This document shows, piece by piece, positions 52,191 through 64,000 of a stretch of DNA of 64,000 bases (its first letter is position 1; every line of letters starts with the position of its first letter). The stretch covers positions 96,093,650-96,157,649 of the forward strand of contig JARDVH010000193.1 of assembly GCA_030324005.1 (NCBI GenBank), written 5' to 3'. The position numbers and the translations under genes are program-made. The notes below the pieces were generated by a model that had not been told where the DNA came from, did no database searches, and saw nothing but the letters and a program-made list of their open reading frames with translations. The stretch comes from Negaprion brevirostris (lineage: Eukaryota).

Positions 52191-53342
52191 AAAAGGACAG
52201 TTGCCCAGAAGACAAATCAAATGTTGCCAGATGTTGTTCTTTATTTTGGTAGGACTAGGACACAAGAAATTATAGGAGATGTAATTCTTGAAGGATTTGA
52301 GTTCCAGTAAAATAAAGGCAAAGGATGTACTCGCATTCTGAGAGCGCTTTTCCCTATTCCACAACATTGCAAAAAAATGTTATCGCCAAATGGTGTAGTT
52401 CGCAAGTGTAATCACTGTGGCTAGATCCTGTACATGAAGGTACATGACCAGAGAGGAATGGATATCAGCCAGGACTCAGAAGAGTTTTTCCTTTTTGAAA
52501 TAGTTATTGGATCTTTAAAAATCCACCCAAAAGGGCAATTAGGCTTCAGTTACTTATCCTATATGGAAACAAAACAGCCACACAGGGAGCTAGAACATAG
52601 CTGGACAGTATTGAGTGTTCCAGCCACGCTTGTGCTACCTCTTTAGCTGAAGGACGTCCGCAAGAGGGAAATAAGGTCAGAAATAAATAAACCAGGGTTT
52701 ACCAAGCAGGAGTAAAAAAAATGGAATTTATGAAATTTCAAGGATCTCCACAGCAAAGTGCTTAATCTGATGTGATAGGTCTGGAAGAATGTTTTTCCAT
52801 CTACAAGGTACAAAGTCATTTCAAATTATCAGTGCCCCCTTGTATTCTGCTGAGTGTTGCAGAATCTGTTTTCAAACGCAGTTGCAGCTTTTTAGGCTGT
52901 ATATAACAGTACTGACAGTGGCTGACCACAGAATGTTTCCCCTTAATGGCCTCCTACTATTTATCCATTATACCAGTGAAATCTAATTATTTCTCTTTAC
53001 TCTGTGTCAAACTTCAGAATTCTGCTGGGCTGGCACTGACGACTGATTTCATTAATTTTGATTACCTTAGTTGGGACTGACTCCATTTCACAAACAGAGC
53101 TAAAAGCTGCTTCAAAATCCCCAGCCACACATTATATCAACACAGTTTCCTAAATTAATTTGTACGCAGAGTAGCAAATAAAAAGTGCTGAACATTATTT
53201 TATTGACTAAGTACAGATGCAAAGAGAATGGTGCTCAGCTGATGAAACTCTTAAGAATACACGGACTCCGGCGTCAACAGTTCAAATTAATGGACTGTGC
53301 AGCAAGGCATGCCTGATTTGCCAAACCAAATATGTTCAAGAT

Positions 53343-53469
53343 GGGCAGAATTTTCCTGTCCCACCCACCAGGGGAATCATAGCAGGCGGGACATGGACCA
53401 CGCAAAGGTCCGTTGACCTCAGGTGGGATTTTCTGGCCTTAGGGCAAGTGTGATTGGAAAATCCTGCCC
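53343..53469. mobile_element. ~125 bp MITE (copy 4, best preserved)
   Basis: TIRs GGGCAGAATTTTCC and GGAAAATCCTGCCC, one mismatch. Confidence 0.85.
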
Positions 53470-56400
53470 ACAGATGTGGAAAGTTGAATTACCTAATACA
53501 AACTTTAGGTGTTGTTTCTCTGCTATGCAAAAATGGCATCAGAAAGTGTGGCTAGTAATTTTTTTGTTGCAACTTTTTTTCCCCCATCTCTCTTGAAAAC
53601 TGTCCATTCTTTGCTGTAGTTCCAGTGGTAAAAGCATCCTCAGGTAAATCATCAGACATCAATTTTCTATCTGAACCTTGATGGTGGCCATCAGCATAGT
53701 AATGACTATGTGGGCATCAATGTAAATGTTGCTAGCAGTGAACAGAAGCTATTGACTAGTTTTCACCATCCTGATCCAATACTGTGGAAGCTCATTGCCG
53801 TTCCCAGTTGTCCAGCCCAGATCACCAATGACCAGGATCAGACCTGCAGCCACCTTGTGAGACTTTGGACAAACTGGTTGAGGCACAGGGAAAACTTCAT
53901 GGTGCAACAACTTCAGCCAGTCATTAATAATCCCCCTGCAAGAAACTTGTATGAGATCTCCCCACAGAAAACCATTCAGAATCACACAAGCAAATAATTG
54001 AACTCTTGTTACTAATTTTGACATATCACACAGTTTTATCCTTGTCATGTTAGAAAAACTTGTACCATAAAAACTTATGGATTCAAGATAACATTCTGAA
54101 CACTGTGATAGAAGCAAAAATAATTTACATAGCCTTTGAATCTCTAAGTACAGATGCAGAGAGAATGGTGCTCAGTCTATCCAGCCTCTCCTTAGAACTC
54201 ACACCATCAAGACCTGGTAGCATCCTAGTAAATCTATTTGCTCTAACTCCCTATTCCCAAAAGTTGGCGACTGTTGACCATTAGAGGGCTCAATTGTGAA
54301 CTTTCCTGCTGGCAATTAAAATAATGATTTGCAAAATATTCATTGGTATTTCATTAATTTTCTGGTGTTACGCAGTGTTTTTGTTATGTTTCCGGATGGG
54401 GCAGAATTGATTGGCCAGACAACTTTTCTAGCCTTTTTTTATGCATTGTGGCCTTTCCTATTATGAAGGAAAAGTGAGGAGAAAAGCTGATCCCAGAATT
54501 TAACGTGGCGTTCACATCTGGTACAAGAACTTCTCAAGGGAAAATGTAGAGAAGAGAACCTGAATCTCTGTTCCATTATTACATTGACAAATCTGTGAAA
54601 TGTGATGCATTTTGGGAGATCGTTACAAAGTTTGGATGAGCCAACAGTGCTTGGTGAGTGTTGTTGTACAGCAGTTAAATGTTAGGGCAATGGCCCTAGT
54701 TAATAACCAAAGCCTCATTTCAATGCTGTTTGTAGTTACCAAAGGTATAAAATGAAGTCACATTCTTGCTCCAATCTCATTCAGCATGCTTTGAAAGTGA
54801 GATATCGGTATCTTTGTCAGCTGCATACCAAAAAAGCAGCACAAGTCACGATTTGGTTGTTGTCTGGTGATTGTTTGTGAATAAGCATGGTCTTGAGGAT
54901 ATTATTCTGTGTGAACACAGCAGTCAGGAAGCACTCAAACATCCTCATTGTTCTTTTTCAAAAAAAGACATTGAGGATAGATGCAGCAAGTGCAGGTTAG
55001 TCAATCAGCACAAAATGAAATAATCAAATGAACATGGATTGACTTGTAAAAGGTCAGCATGAATGTTACAGAGACAAATTGTGTTTAACTACATTTTTGA
55101 TGAGGTAAAGCGACACAAGTATCACACAAGAGGTTTGCAGGTTGAAGCCCATGAGCAAAAGGGACAGTGGGAGTATTGGTATGAGAGGTCTTGAGAGATC
55201 TGTTCATAAAGCGGAGAATGAGTGAGAGGAGGTGTGAAGGAGAAGGGGAGTTGTANNNNNNNNNNNNNNNNNNNNNTATATCGGCGAGTCACTAAATGTC
55301 TTCAAAGCATCAGGCCAAGGCTTTTTGGGAACAGAGGTGGGTGTATTAACCTGTCCACTCCCTCTTCAGAACATCGTCAACATTCCAGCTGCTAGCAATC
55401 TTGAGATGAGAGTGGGATTCGTCCCATCTTCCGATTCCCACCATTATGAAAGCATGGCCCTGATCTCTAGTCAGTGATTCTTCCTCTGCTGCCGCCACCT
55501 AACCCAGCAATCAGTTAACATTCGTGGGACAGGAAAATTGTTGCAGGGAAACAATACAAAATTGATAAAAATTATAATGCTGTAATACACATCAAGTGAT
55601 ATTAATAAGGCTTTGGGAATTTTGAACAAATACAACATTGGTTGATTGACAGGTCAAATCAAGTGAATTCATTTAGAAAGTTTTTTCAGAGGATCGGATG
55701 CTTTCAGCTGATTGCTCTGAGTAATGTTCCTCAGAAGAAAGTTATTTGGCCAATGAACTGATGCATTTTTAAGGCATTCATCTAACGATTTTGAAAGAAA
55801 TGCAACGAGAGGCAAACTTCTCATCAGAAGTTAACTATTTTCAATTGAGATACTTCACTATCTCTAATTACTGGCTGTTTTTTTTCTAAGAGTCTACAGG
55901 GGGGAAAGAAACCAGCGATACAGTCTAAATCATAAGAAATTATACTCAGCTTCTGGTCAGAATATCTTTCTGATTTGGTTTTTTGGCATGTGTACAATAC
56001 CAAAGCAAACATCTGCAGGATTATGGAGGTGGCAAACTTGAAATCAGCTGTTACCCATTAAAAGCTGCCCTGTGATTTTGGACACTTTTCCTGAAACTCC
56101 CAACGTTGCTTTAAGAATCTCATTCATCTCACACAAATTCAGTGGGGGCAGGGAGGGTACTTTTACTAATCAAACTATCCCAAGTGTAAATTGCTCCAAG
56201 ACACTGTTCATAACAAAAAGGAATGCACAGAGTATCTCATATTTTGGGCAACAGATTCCCCNNNNNNNNNNGATTATGCATTTCTATGTTTCCAGAGCTA
56301 TCAAGTGGATTCTCATTGGTCTCTGATCCCCTTTATCGGATGAATGGTTACCAGATCCAATCTTTAAAAATCAGGGCACAGAGGACATTTATCACTCCCA

Positions 56401-56715
56401 GAAGAGAAAATCCACACATTAAAAAAAACACAGAAATGAAATAGCATTTAAATGAAATAGATAAGTGGTCACTATTGGAGACAGAGTATCCAAATAACAA
56501 AACTGATATTAACTAGTACAAATTGCAGAGATAAATATTTGTAAATTCCCATGTAGGCAAAAGAGGTACAAACTCAAGCCAGTTCTAGAGTTGCAGTGAT
56601 GAATGATGAGTTAAACATATTGCAAATTCTCATTACATAATGGATTCCAATGCAGTAATGGATCATTATCATTGTTCAAAACATTTAACCTTATATGATA
56701 CCTTTCTTCTTCTAG

Positions 56716-56765
56716 ACAATTGTGGGAAATTTTGGCATCACATGGACAATGTGTCTTTTGTTTAA
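56716..56765 (+). CDS. Candidate alternative last coding exon of DACH: (D)NCGKFWHHMDNVSFV*
   Basis: Branch-like tttaac near 56685 and strong tract cctttcttcttctAG ending at 56715; the phase 1 frame is open to TAA at 56763-56765. No transcript evidence. Confidence 0.35.
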
Positions 56766-58352
56766 TAATTTTTTTATGAAATCTCCTGCGATTGTCTCAG
56801 AGATTAGCTGCTGCTACTTTTCTGAGGGCTGCTGGAAAGACTCCTGCTTTTCTATTTGGGTCATCTCTGGAGAGTTCTTTTACTGTGATTGTGGAGTCAG
56901 CAGCAATACAGCTGAAGCGCTGGTGTGATGTTAACTCTCCTTAAAATCAATTAATATACTTAGTACATGGATGAACAACCTTTACCCAGTTTTAGCTTTA
57001 GCATGCTTTTACTGCGTACAGTAAGGGTCTTGTGCTTATTGGAAATGCATAGTACTTTAAGCATATATCTATATATAAAAATATTAATGGACACACAGAC
57101 AGCACTAAGAAATTTCCAAAATTAATCATGAACAATGAATACATGCAACTAGAACAACAAGATGACTTTGATCTTCTTTTAAAATCAGCAGAGTTGGAGG
57201 TCTTGCTGCATTGCAATGCACAAACAGACCTAGAACTGACAAGGTTTGTCAGTGTTCACACATACAGCTGGAGGGGTAGAGCATCCGCTCCTGCCATGAC
57301 TTGAGCCGGAGCCCAGAGAGGTGTGAGGAATGTGTTGCTTGAACATCTTTAGTGCAGAAATTTTCTGCTGTGATTTCGGAAGTAAATAGGTTTCTCCAGG
57401 TTGAGTGGGGAGGTAAAAGGGGAGCGGGGGGTGGGGGGGGGGGGATGGGGGTGGTGAGATGNNNNNNNNNNNNNNNNNNNNNNNNNNNNNNNNNNNNNNN
57501 NNNNNNNAGTCCAAATGTGGTTTGTACATTTACAGTATTCTTCCTGTGCAGCTCTTGGGACTAAAGGCTTACTCAAAAACAAAAGTTTTACCCATTTCTT
57601 ACACCTAAGGGAATATTTTCTTACACGGTAGAGTTCACAGAGTGAAATAATCTGCTGCATGTCCAAGGTGATGTCATGACAATGCCTTCTACTTATAAAG
57701 TATCAATGAAGTTTAGTCGTCATCAAATTCCCCCAGCTCAGTCACAATCCGGAGAATTACCATTCCGTATTTTTCCTGGTTGCTATTCTAGTTTATATCC
57801 TTCCTGCCCATTTATTAGATCACATTGTAAGCTCTAAAACACTGTAAATGCACAAAGCACTCAGGTACTAATTAGCTTTTTCCTGTTCTTAATGTACTGA
57901 ACAGTGGCCTTAGAATTAAGATTGGATCATGGTTCTGTCCAGCTTTCTATGATTTTATTTACTGTAAAGTTGTGCTGAAAGACAGTATGAAATGATAATT
58001 GTAACTTCACTAAACTGTACAAAAGAACTGTTGTACTTAAGTTAACCTGCCTTTGCATTTACAAGTTCTATAATAAGTTGCAATCAGACATTGCACAAAG
58101 GAAATGTGTATCTGCTTATTACTGAATTTACACTATGAGTTTCTAAACAGGGATCTGGACCTCTGGATTCTCAAGAGTTCCCCGGTGGGGACAGAATGGG
58201 GGGAGGGGGAGGTTGTTCATCGTGCCTAGCCAAGGTTGTCATATGGCAGTTTCTTAATAATTCTACAATTTGTTTTTTTACAGTTTCAACTTCCATCAAA
58301 AGCATTGTATGTAATTGCCTTTTTGCATACATCTTTCATTGCAGTAAAGCTA

Positions 58353-58636
58353 GGGTGGCATGGTGGCACAGTGGTTTGCACTGCTGCCTCAGTGTCAGGG
58401 ACCTGGGTTCAGTTCCCAGTTTGGGGGTCACTGTCTGTGCAGTGTCTGCATGGGTTTCCACCGTTTGCTCCAGTTTCCTTCCACAGTCCAAAAATACATG
58501 CTAGTTAGGAGCATTGGCCACACCAAGTTGTCCCTCAGTGTACCCGAACAGATGCCAGAGTGTGGCGACTAAGGGATTTTCACAGTAATTTCATTGCAGT
58601 GCGAACGTAAACCTACTTGTAACACTAATGATAAAA
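58353..58636 (+). mobile_element. HE1-type V-SINE, alternative tail
   Basis: gggtggcatggtggcacagtgg head; ccctcagtgtacccgaacag...cacagtaatttcattgcagtg tail. Confidence 0.9.
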
Positions 58637-59515
58637 AGGCACTCTTCTGCAATGTAGAGGTGGCGGCTGAGCACTTTTTACATGACTGCTGTCCATCCAA
58701 ACATTTCACCACTTCAAAATAATGCAGACACCGTGGACTGAGCATAATGACTAATCAGGCCTCCTACCGGATTAGCCTACTGATATACATCACCCTATCC
58801 CTGCTCAGTAGTTAAACCACCACTGAAGTACCACTGAAAAATGTTTGCATGTTTGTTAGTGTTGTAGACTTAGGAGAAACACTGCAGTAAAAGAGGGAAA
58901 ACCACTCATGCATTTTGTACCCAAAAAACAAATACAATAAGACCAAAAGGGAGAAATTCATCCCAGAAAATATAAATTTTCTGGGGAGGGAAATGGGAAA
59001 GTGGAAAAATAAAGAATGCTCTAATTAAGTGATTGGCCTGGATGTAGTTGGCAAGAAGCAAGAATGCCCTCCTCCTCCAAAATAACTCAAATAATTGATC
59101 ATTCTGGCATGCAGGTAAATTGCCAGAGATTCAGTGAAACTTAGCAACTATTGCCAGTTTGACAGTGAGATCCAATTATGAAGGCAGCAGTGAAGGTGGG
59201 AACAGCGGGAAGGGGAAAATGGACCCTGGAGAACAGACTAATAAGGGAGCTGACCGCTAAAGGCAAATCTGATAGTAAAGAAGATAGATATCAGCAAGCT
59301 AATGTAGTTAGTACCTCCTCAGAGAAGAATGATGGTATTACACAGGATATCAAACAAACAGCAGTAGGTAGTAATGGATTAGATGGGGAAAGCAAAAAAA
59401 AAACTGAAGGTATATTCAAGAAGATAGATCTGGAGAAGGTTTTTGAAAGATGTTCACTCCACCCAAAATTTAAAAATGGCAACATTTACTTAAAAAAAAT
59501 TTGATAGTAGGTTGG

Positions 59516-59707
59516 GAGTCTGGTTGGAAGTTTCCAGCCCCTCCAATGGCAGCTTGAAGTTGGTCTCTGGTAGGAGCTTCTGGTCCTGCCGAAATCAATG
59601 GCAATTTACATGGTCTGCCCAACCTGCCACTGGGGAACCTGCAGCGAGGGTCAACTCTGGTAGGACTGGAAGATCGCGCCAGTGGGAAGGGCCTGAAAAT
59701 CCTGCCA
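59516..59707. mobile_element. Longer MITE related to the ~125 bp family
   Basis: ggttggaagtttcc...gaaaatcctgcc termini. Confidence 0.5.
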
Positions 59708-60495
59708 TTTGCCTTGGTGATAACCTGATCTATATAAAGGCATGAGCACATAGATTTACTCTAATACTATGAAGGTAACTGTTTGCACATTGGGCACCAG
59801 ACTTAATTTAACCCAAAGCTGGGATGTATCCAAATGATGCAGCTGAATGCAGTGCAAAAAGAAAACAGTTATCAATTTCCTTGAATAAAGCTAGAGTAAT
59901 CAGAATGAAGTGTAAGGCATTGCATGCAGCTATTCAAACCAGTGAAAAAGTGTTAAATAAAAACAGAAAATGCTGAAAATACTCAGGCAGGATCTGTGGA
60001 GACATGTTTCAGATCGCTGATTTTCCATCAGAACCTCTGTGGATCCATATTTAGAGTCACAACAGTCAAAAAAACTAGGAATTTTCATCTGGTTGAAGCC
60101 CCAAGCCAAAACACAACAAGGATGAAAGTGATGCCCTCCAGTAATGCAACTCATCCATTACAGCATCCAGTTGTAACATTGCTTATGATTTTGACTCCAC
60201 CGTGTGGCAAACCATTCACTTATCGATTGGATTTAGTTGCTCAGCCATGATCTAAATATTTAAAAGGGAAGTGGATTAAATTGAGAGAAGACTCACTCTT
60301 CTGGCGAAGGAAATGGTCAGTTTGGGCAGTGAAACAAAACTTAGATGAAGTGAAAGACTAAATGGCTGACTTCTCATTCCATCGTCGTCCTATTCCTGTT
60401 GTCATCAGACTTCTGACCCCCCCTGTGCTCCCACATCCAATCTTGAATTTAAATTACTCTCCTGATTTCCACTAATGGTTTTCGTTCTCTTGCAG

Positions 60496-60530
60496 ATAGA
60501 ACATACATGAAAGCATCCATCCTGTACTGA
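60496..60530 (+). CDS. DACH2: DACH terminal coding exon (not in ORF track): (D)RTYMKASILY*
   Basis: Branch-like actaat plus acceptor ttttcgttctcttgcAG ending at 60495; phase 1; TGA ends at 60530. Resembles the vertebrate DACH1 tail DGRLYLKTTVMY*. Confidence 0.88.
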
Positions 60531-63350
60531 GGGAGAATTATCAAACGGACCCACGTACTGACAACATTTCCACACTCCAACAAATCCATGGCTTGGTACA
60601 GCATGTACTTCAAGCCACTTTCCTTCAATGCAGCCTCAGTTGACCCATTTGTCTACTCTACAGGACTCATAATTTAAAAAAGGGGAAAAAAAGTAACTGC
60701 ACCCAGTATGATGGATTTGTGCTGTAGTGTCATCTGTGCTGCAGGTAATATTGCCAAAACGCAGCAATGTTTTTGTAACAGGTTAGCTGCGCCAGACTGT
60801 GTACATAGCAAGAGACATGCTGGTTGGTTGAAAAGTAGTGTGTCATGCTATTTTAAAACACACAGGTGGCCAACTTAAACTGAAGTGACTTCACGGATTG
60901 GTGAATTTACAGCACAAGCTTGATTCAAGGCTGTTAAGTACAATTAGCCCAGAGAAAACTGAAGGACTTTGTAATGGCTCAAGGAATCCTACAACAACAG
61001 CAACAACAAAAAAAAGACTGTCTATTATAACTATTAAAGCTTTCCCTGTTAAAACTGGTCGATTTCAAAAGGACCTTTGAAAGAAGAAAGGGAGAAAGCA
61101 ACAACTGTTTTGCTGAATTATGACGTCCTTGGGTTTTGTGATCCATCTTCAAGAGACGCATTGATTTGTCATTAACATCTTTTACACTCTGCTCAAATAT
61201 CGGGGGAAGGAAGTGAAATTTATGCAGTAGAATGTTAGGAAATGAAACCTTTTTAAATGGCTAGTTGCTCGTATATGCTACCATACTTTTGTTCAGAATA
61301 TTTAGTTGAAACTTCAACCTCTGATCAGAGAAAGGAATGTTGACTAGTAAAGATACAATGTTAATAGAACTTTCAGTTTGTCTTTTGTCTTTGCAAAGCT
61401 GTTCACAAAACATTGTCCCCTGCTGTTCAGCTTGACAGTAAAATGGTGCTGATGTTAATTATTAAGTTTATAGCCTTGTAGTGAAATAAAAATGCCACAA
61501 ACTCCCTGCATATCATGTGCAGGCATTGTTAAAGAAAGCTTACACAAGCAACTTAAACACTTAATGCAGCACTGTATAAAAACCTCAGTGGCAAATGGCT
61601 TATGTCTGCACTCTGTTCCAAACAGGAACATTCCCCAATGTAATCATCACTTTAAGTGAAGAAATGAATTGTAAATAACTGGAAGTAAATTAAGAGTCTT
61701 CTGTTGGATAATGTAGATCATTTATATTTTTGCTTTATTAATGATTTATGGACATGTACTCAGTCAGAGGGACAGCTGAATTACACCCTCTATCACACAC
61801 TTAAGAACACCCACCCCCCGGCCCCCATTCCTTTGCTTCAAGAATGGGGATGGAATTTTGTGATAGAGGATGTTAAGAATATCACAGAAATGGGACAGAT
61901 TTAATTGAGAACATTTCACAGTGCTGGCAGAGACACATTTTGCACATAGAATCGGCATACTATTTATGGAGGCAGTATTCATTTTACCAATGCGAACAAA
62001 TGGGTGCAAGTGGGAGCTACATGTGAGAAAATGAATCATAGAGCACATACACCATATGCACAGGAAATTGGATGAGTTATGTATTTATTCAGATATTGCT
62101 GCCACTTGGCATTTTTGAAAATAATCAATATTTCATGTCGTCATTTGTCTCTGAATTTTACCATCGAATGAAAAGACCAAGCTTCATCACAACTGATGGC
62201 TATTAAACCCATCTCAATAATTCATCTCTGACTCAGGNNNNNNNNNNCAGTACCGGTGGAAACACCACCTCCCAGCATGAGGCACTATCAAGTGGCACAT
62301 TTTCCGATGTGCTTTTTAGGGGAAATTCACGCTTAAGATGTGGTGGCGTACAAATGTGATCAGTTTCCCAGCTAGAGAGAGTTTATAGCTTTGGTTTGTT
62401 AAACGCTAAAACTCATGCTGACTAGCGATACCACCTCACCAGAATTCAGAATTGTATAAAGCCATCAGAAAATGTTTCAGAAATTGTTGNNNNNNNNNNN
62501 NNNNNNNNNNNAGCCAGAGATGTCAACGACGCTGCCCCAGGGAGCAACTTTTAACTTTCAGTATCCCAATGTTCTGAAGTTACATTGTTTTCCTAATTAC
62601 ATCATTCAATTCTAATATCATAAAACAAATGACAGTGTACATAACGAGTACCTTTTTTTGTACCTAGCCATTGGAACTAAAAGCCAAATTCCCCTTCCTG
62701 CACTCCTGACATTGCTTTGTCCCTGAATTATTTCCTGTCATATGGCATTGCTCTTAAGTATGGCCGACCTTCAATTTGTTTGTACTCCATTCACATTGTG
62801 GACAGCTTAATTACCATGTGTTTTAGCAATCAATTATTTGGGCTTCCAGGCTGGATTTTATTTGGGCACAAAGTGGTAGTAGTGTTTGCTGATGGACACT
62901 TGACAAGCAGGCCACACAATCTCATCAGCAATACCAAATCACAATCCCGGACCATTCCCATCACACATTTAAATTGCCTCCTATTCTCAATGCCATAGTT
63001 TTAGTCATCATTTTGTGTATTTTTTTTTTAAAACAGTTTTCAAGAACCATTGTATTTAAAATCCTCCCAGAACTCATTGGCAATGAGCACCACTCTCCAA
63101 TGTTACTGTCAACACTGTGAAGAACAACTGGATGATTTGTTCCGGTGCCTGGTGAGGGGTTCCACAATGGCTGCAAAGTGAATACAGTGGATTCAAATCC
63201 ACAGCTCAGGACTAGTCAGAATCAGTTCATTTCAGATGCAAACTGAGTATCCAAATAGTTTAATTACAATATACTTATAATAGTCACAGTAAAACTAGAT
63301 TATAAAATGTGAGCAATATTTTTTTTTCCAATAATATTGAAAATAAACAA
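60531..63350 (+). other. Probable 3' UTR of the DACH gene (end uncertain)
   Basis: Follows the stop codon; AT-rich; no recognisable TE until 63422. AATAAA at 61485-61490 and 63342-63347. Confidence 0.55.
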
Positions 63351-63421
63351 GAAACACTCGGATTTATTGCAATTGGATTATGAATGTACGAAAGTCTACC
63401 AAGACAATTTCATTCACAGAA

Positions 63422-63688
63422 AAAGTTTATTTATTAGTCAGAAGTAAGGCTACATTAACACTGCAATTAAGTTACAGTGAAATTCCCTTAGTCACCACAG
63501 CTAGCATCTGTCCAGGTCAATGCACCTAAGCAGCACAACTTTCAGTTTATGGGAGAAAACCAGAGCACCTGGAGGAGACGCACATGGACAAAGTGCAAAC
63601 TCCATACAAACAGTGACCCAAGCTGGGAATCAAACCTGGGTCCCTGGTGCTGTGAGACAGCAGTGCTAACCACTGTGGTGCGATGCCA
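63422..63688 (-). mobile_element. HE1-type V-SINE, alternative tail
   Basis: aaagtttatttattagtca...cattaacactgcaattaagttacagtgaaa...gcagtgctaaccactgtg. Confidence 0.9.
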
Positions 63689-64000
63689 TTCAGTTATAAA
63701 CATGGAGGAAACAACACCTACAGAGCTTGACCTGTGTTTGCTTTTTGATGAACTTATCTTACTAACAGTGATCACACCAGACATAGCGGGTATGATCAAA
63801 CTCACAGCTCCATTAGTGTGAGGCAACCATTTAGGTTTTGCATCACCAGTGATTGGATTTGTAAAGATAAGCCAGTTGTTTCCTCTCATTGTACACAAAT
63901 TGCATCCACCAGTCCACTAAGATACTGAAGCTTTAACACAGAAGGTACTCACCTGATCTAGAGACTGAATCTTGTACCTTCCCGCTTCCTCCTTCATGGT

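Noticed and set aside
59178-59504. 108 aa lysine-rich ORF
   Set aside because: Purine-rich composition, no recognisable domain and no splice context.

Overview
Eukaryotic draft-assembly sequence with many N gaps. It is most likely from a shark or other elasmobranch, inferred from abundant HE1-type V-SINEs and CR1/HER1-type LINE tails. The window holds the 3' part of one + strand Dachshund-family gene, closest to DACH2. Five spliceable coding exons (23311-23456, 27297-27444, 37509-37652, 39610-39678, 60496-60530) have canonical AG/GT ends and consistent phases. They join into about 180 aa covering the DD2/DachBox-C coiled coil and ending ...QDRTYMKASILY*, followed by a largely TE-free 3' UTR. 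The last two exons are absent from the supplied ORF track. The rest is intron filled with decayed mobile elements: HE1 SINEs with two alternative tails, CR1, L2, Rex1/Babar, Penelope, PIF/Harbinger fossils and MITEs, and a solo LTR splitting a CR1. The most notable signals are a Penelope-derived ~218 bp inverted repeat with an intact sense-strand minimal hammerhead core, a candidate alternative last exon, a candidate poison exon and microexon, and several nested insertions. No wholly new biological system is demonstrated. Almost all ORF-track entries are spurious or TE fragments. All family assignments come from recalled consensus sequences, not from database searches.
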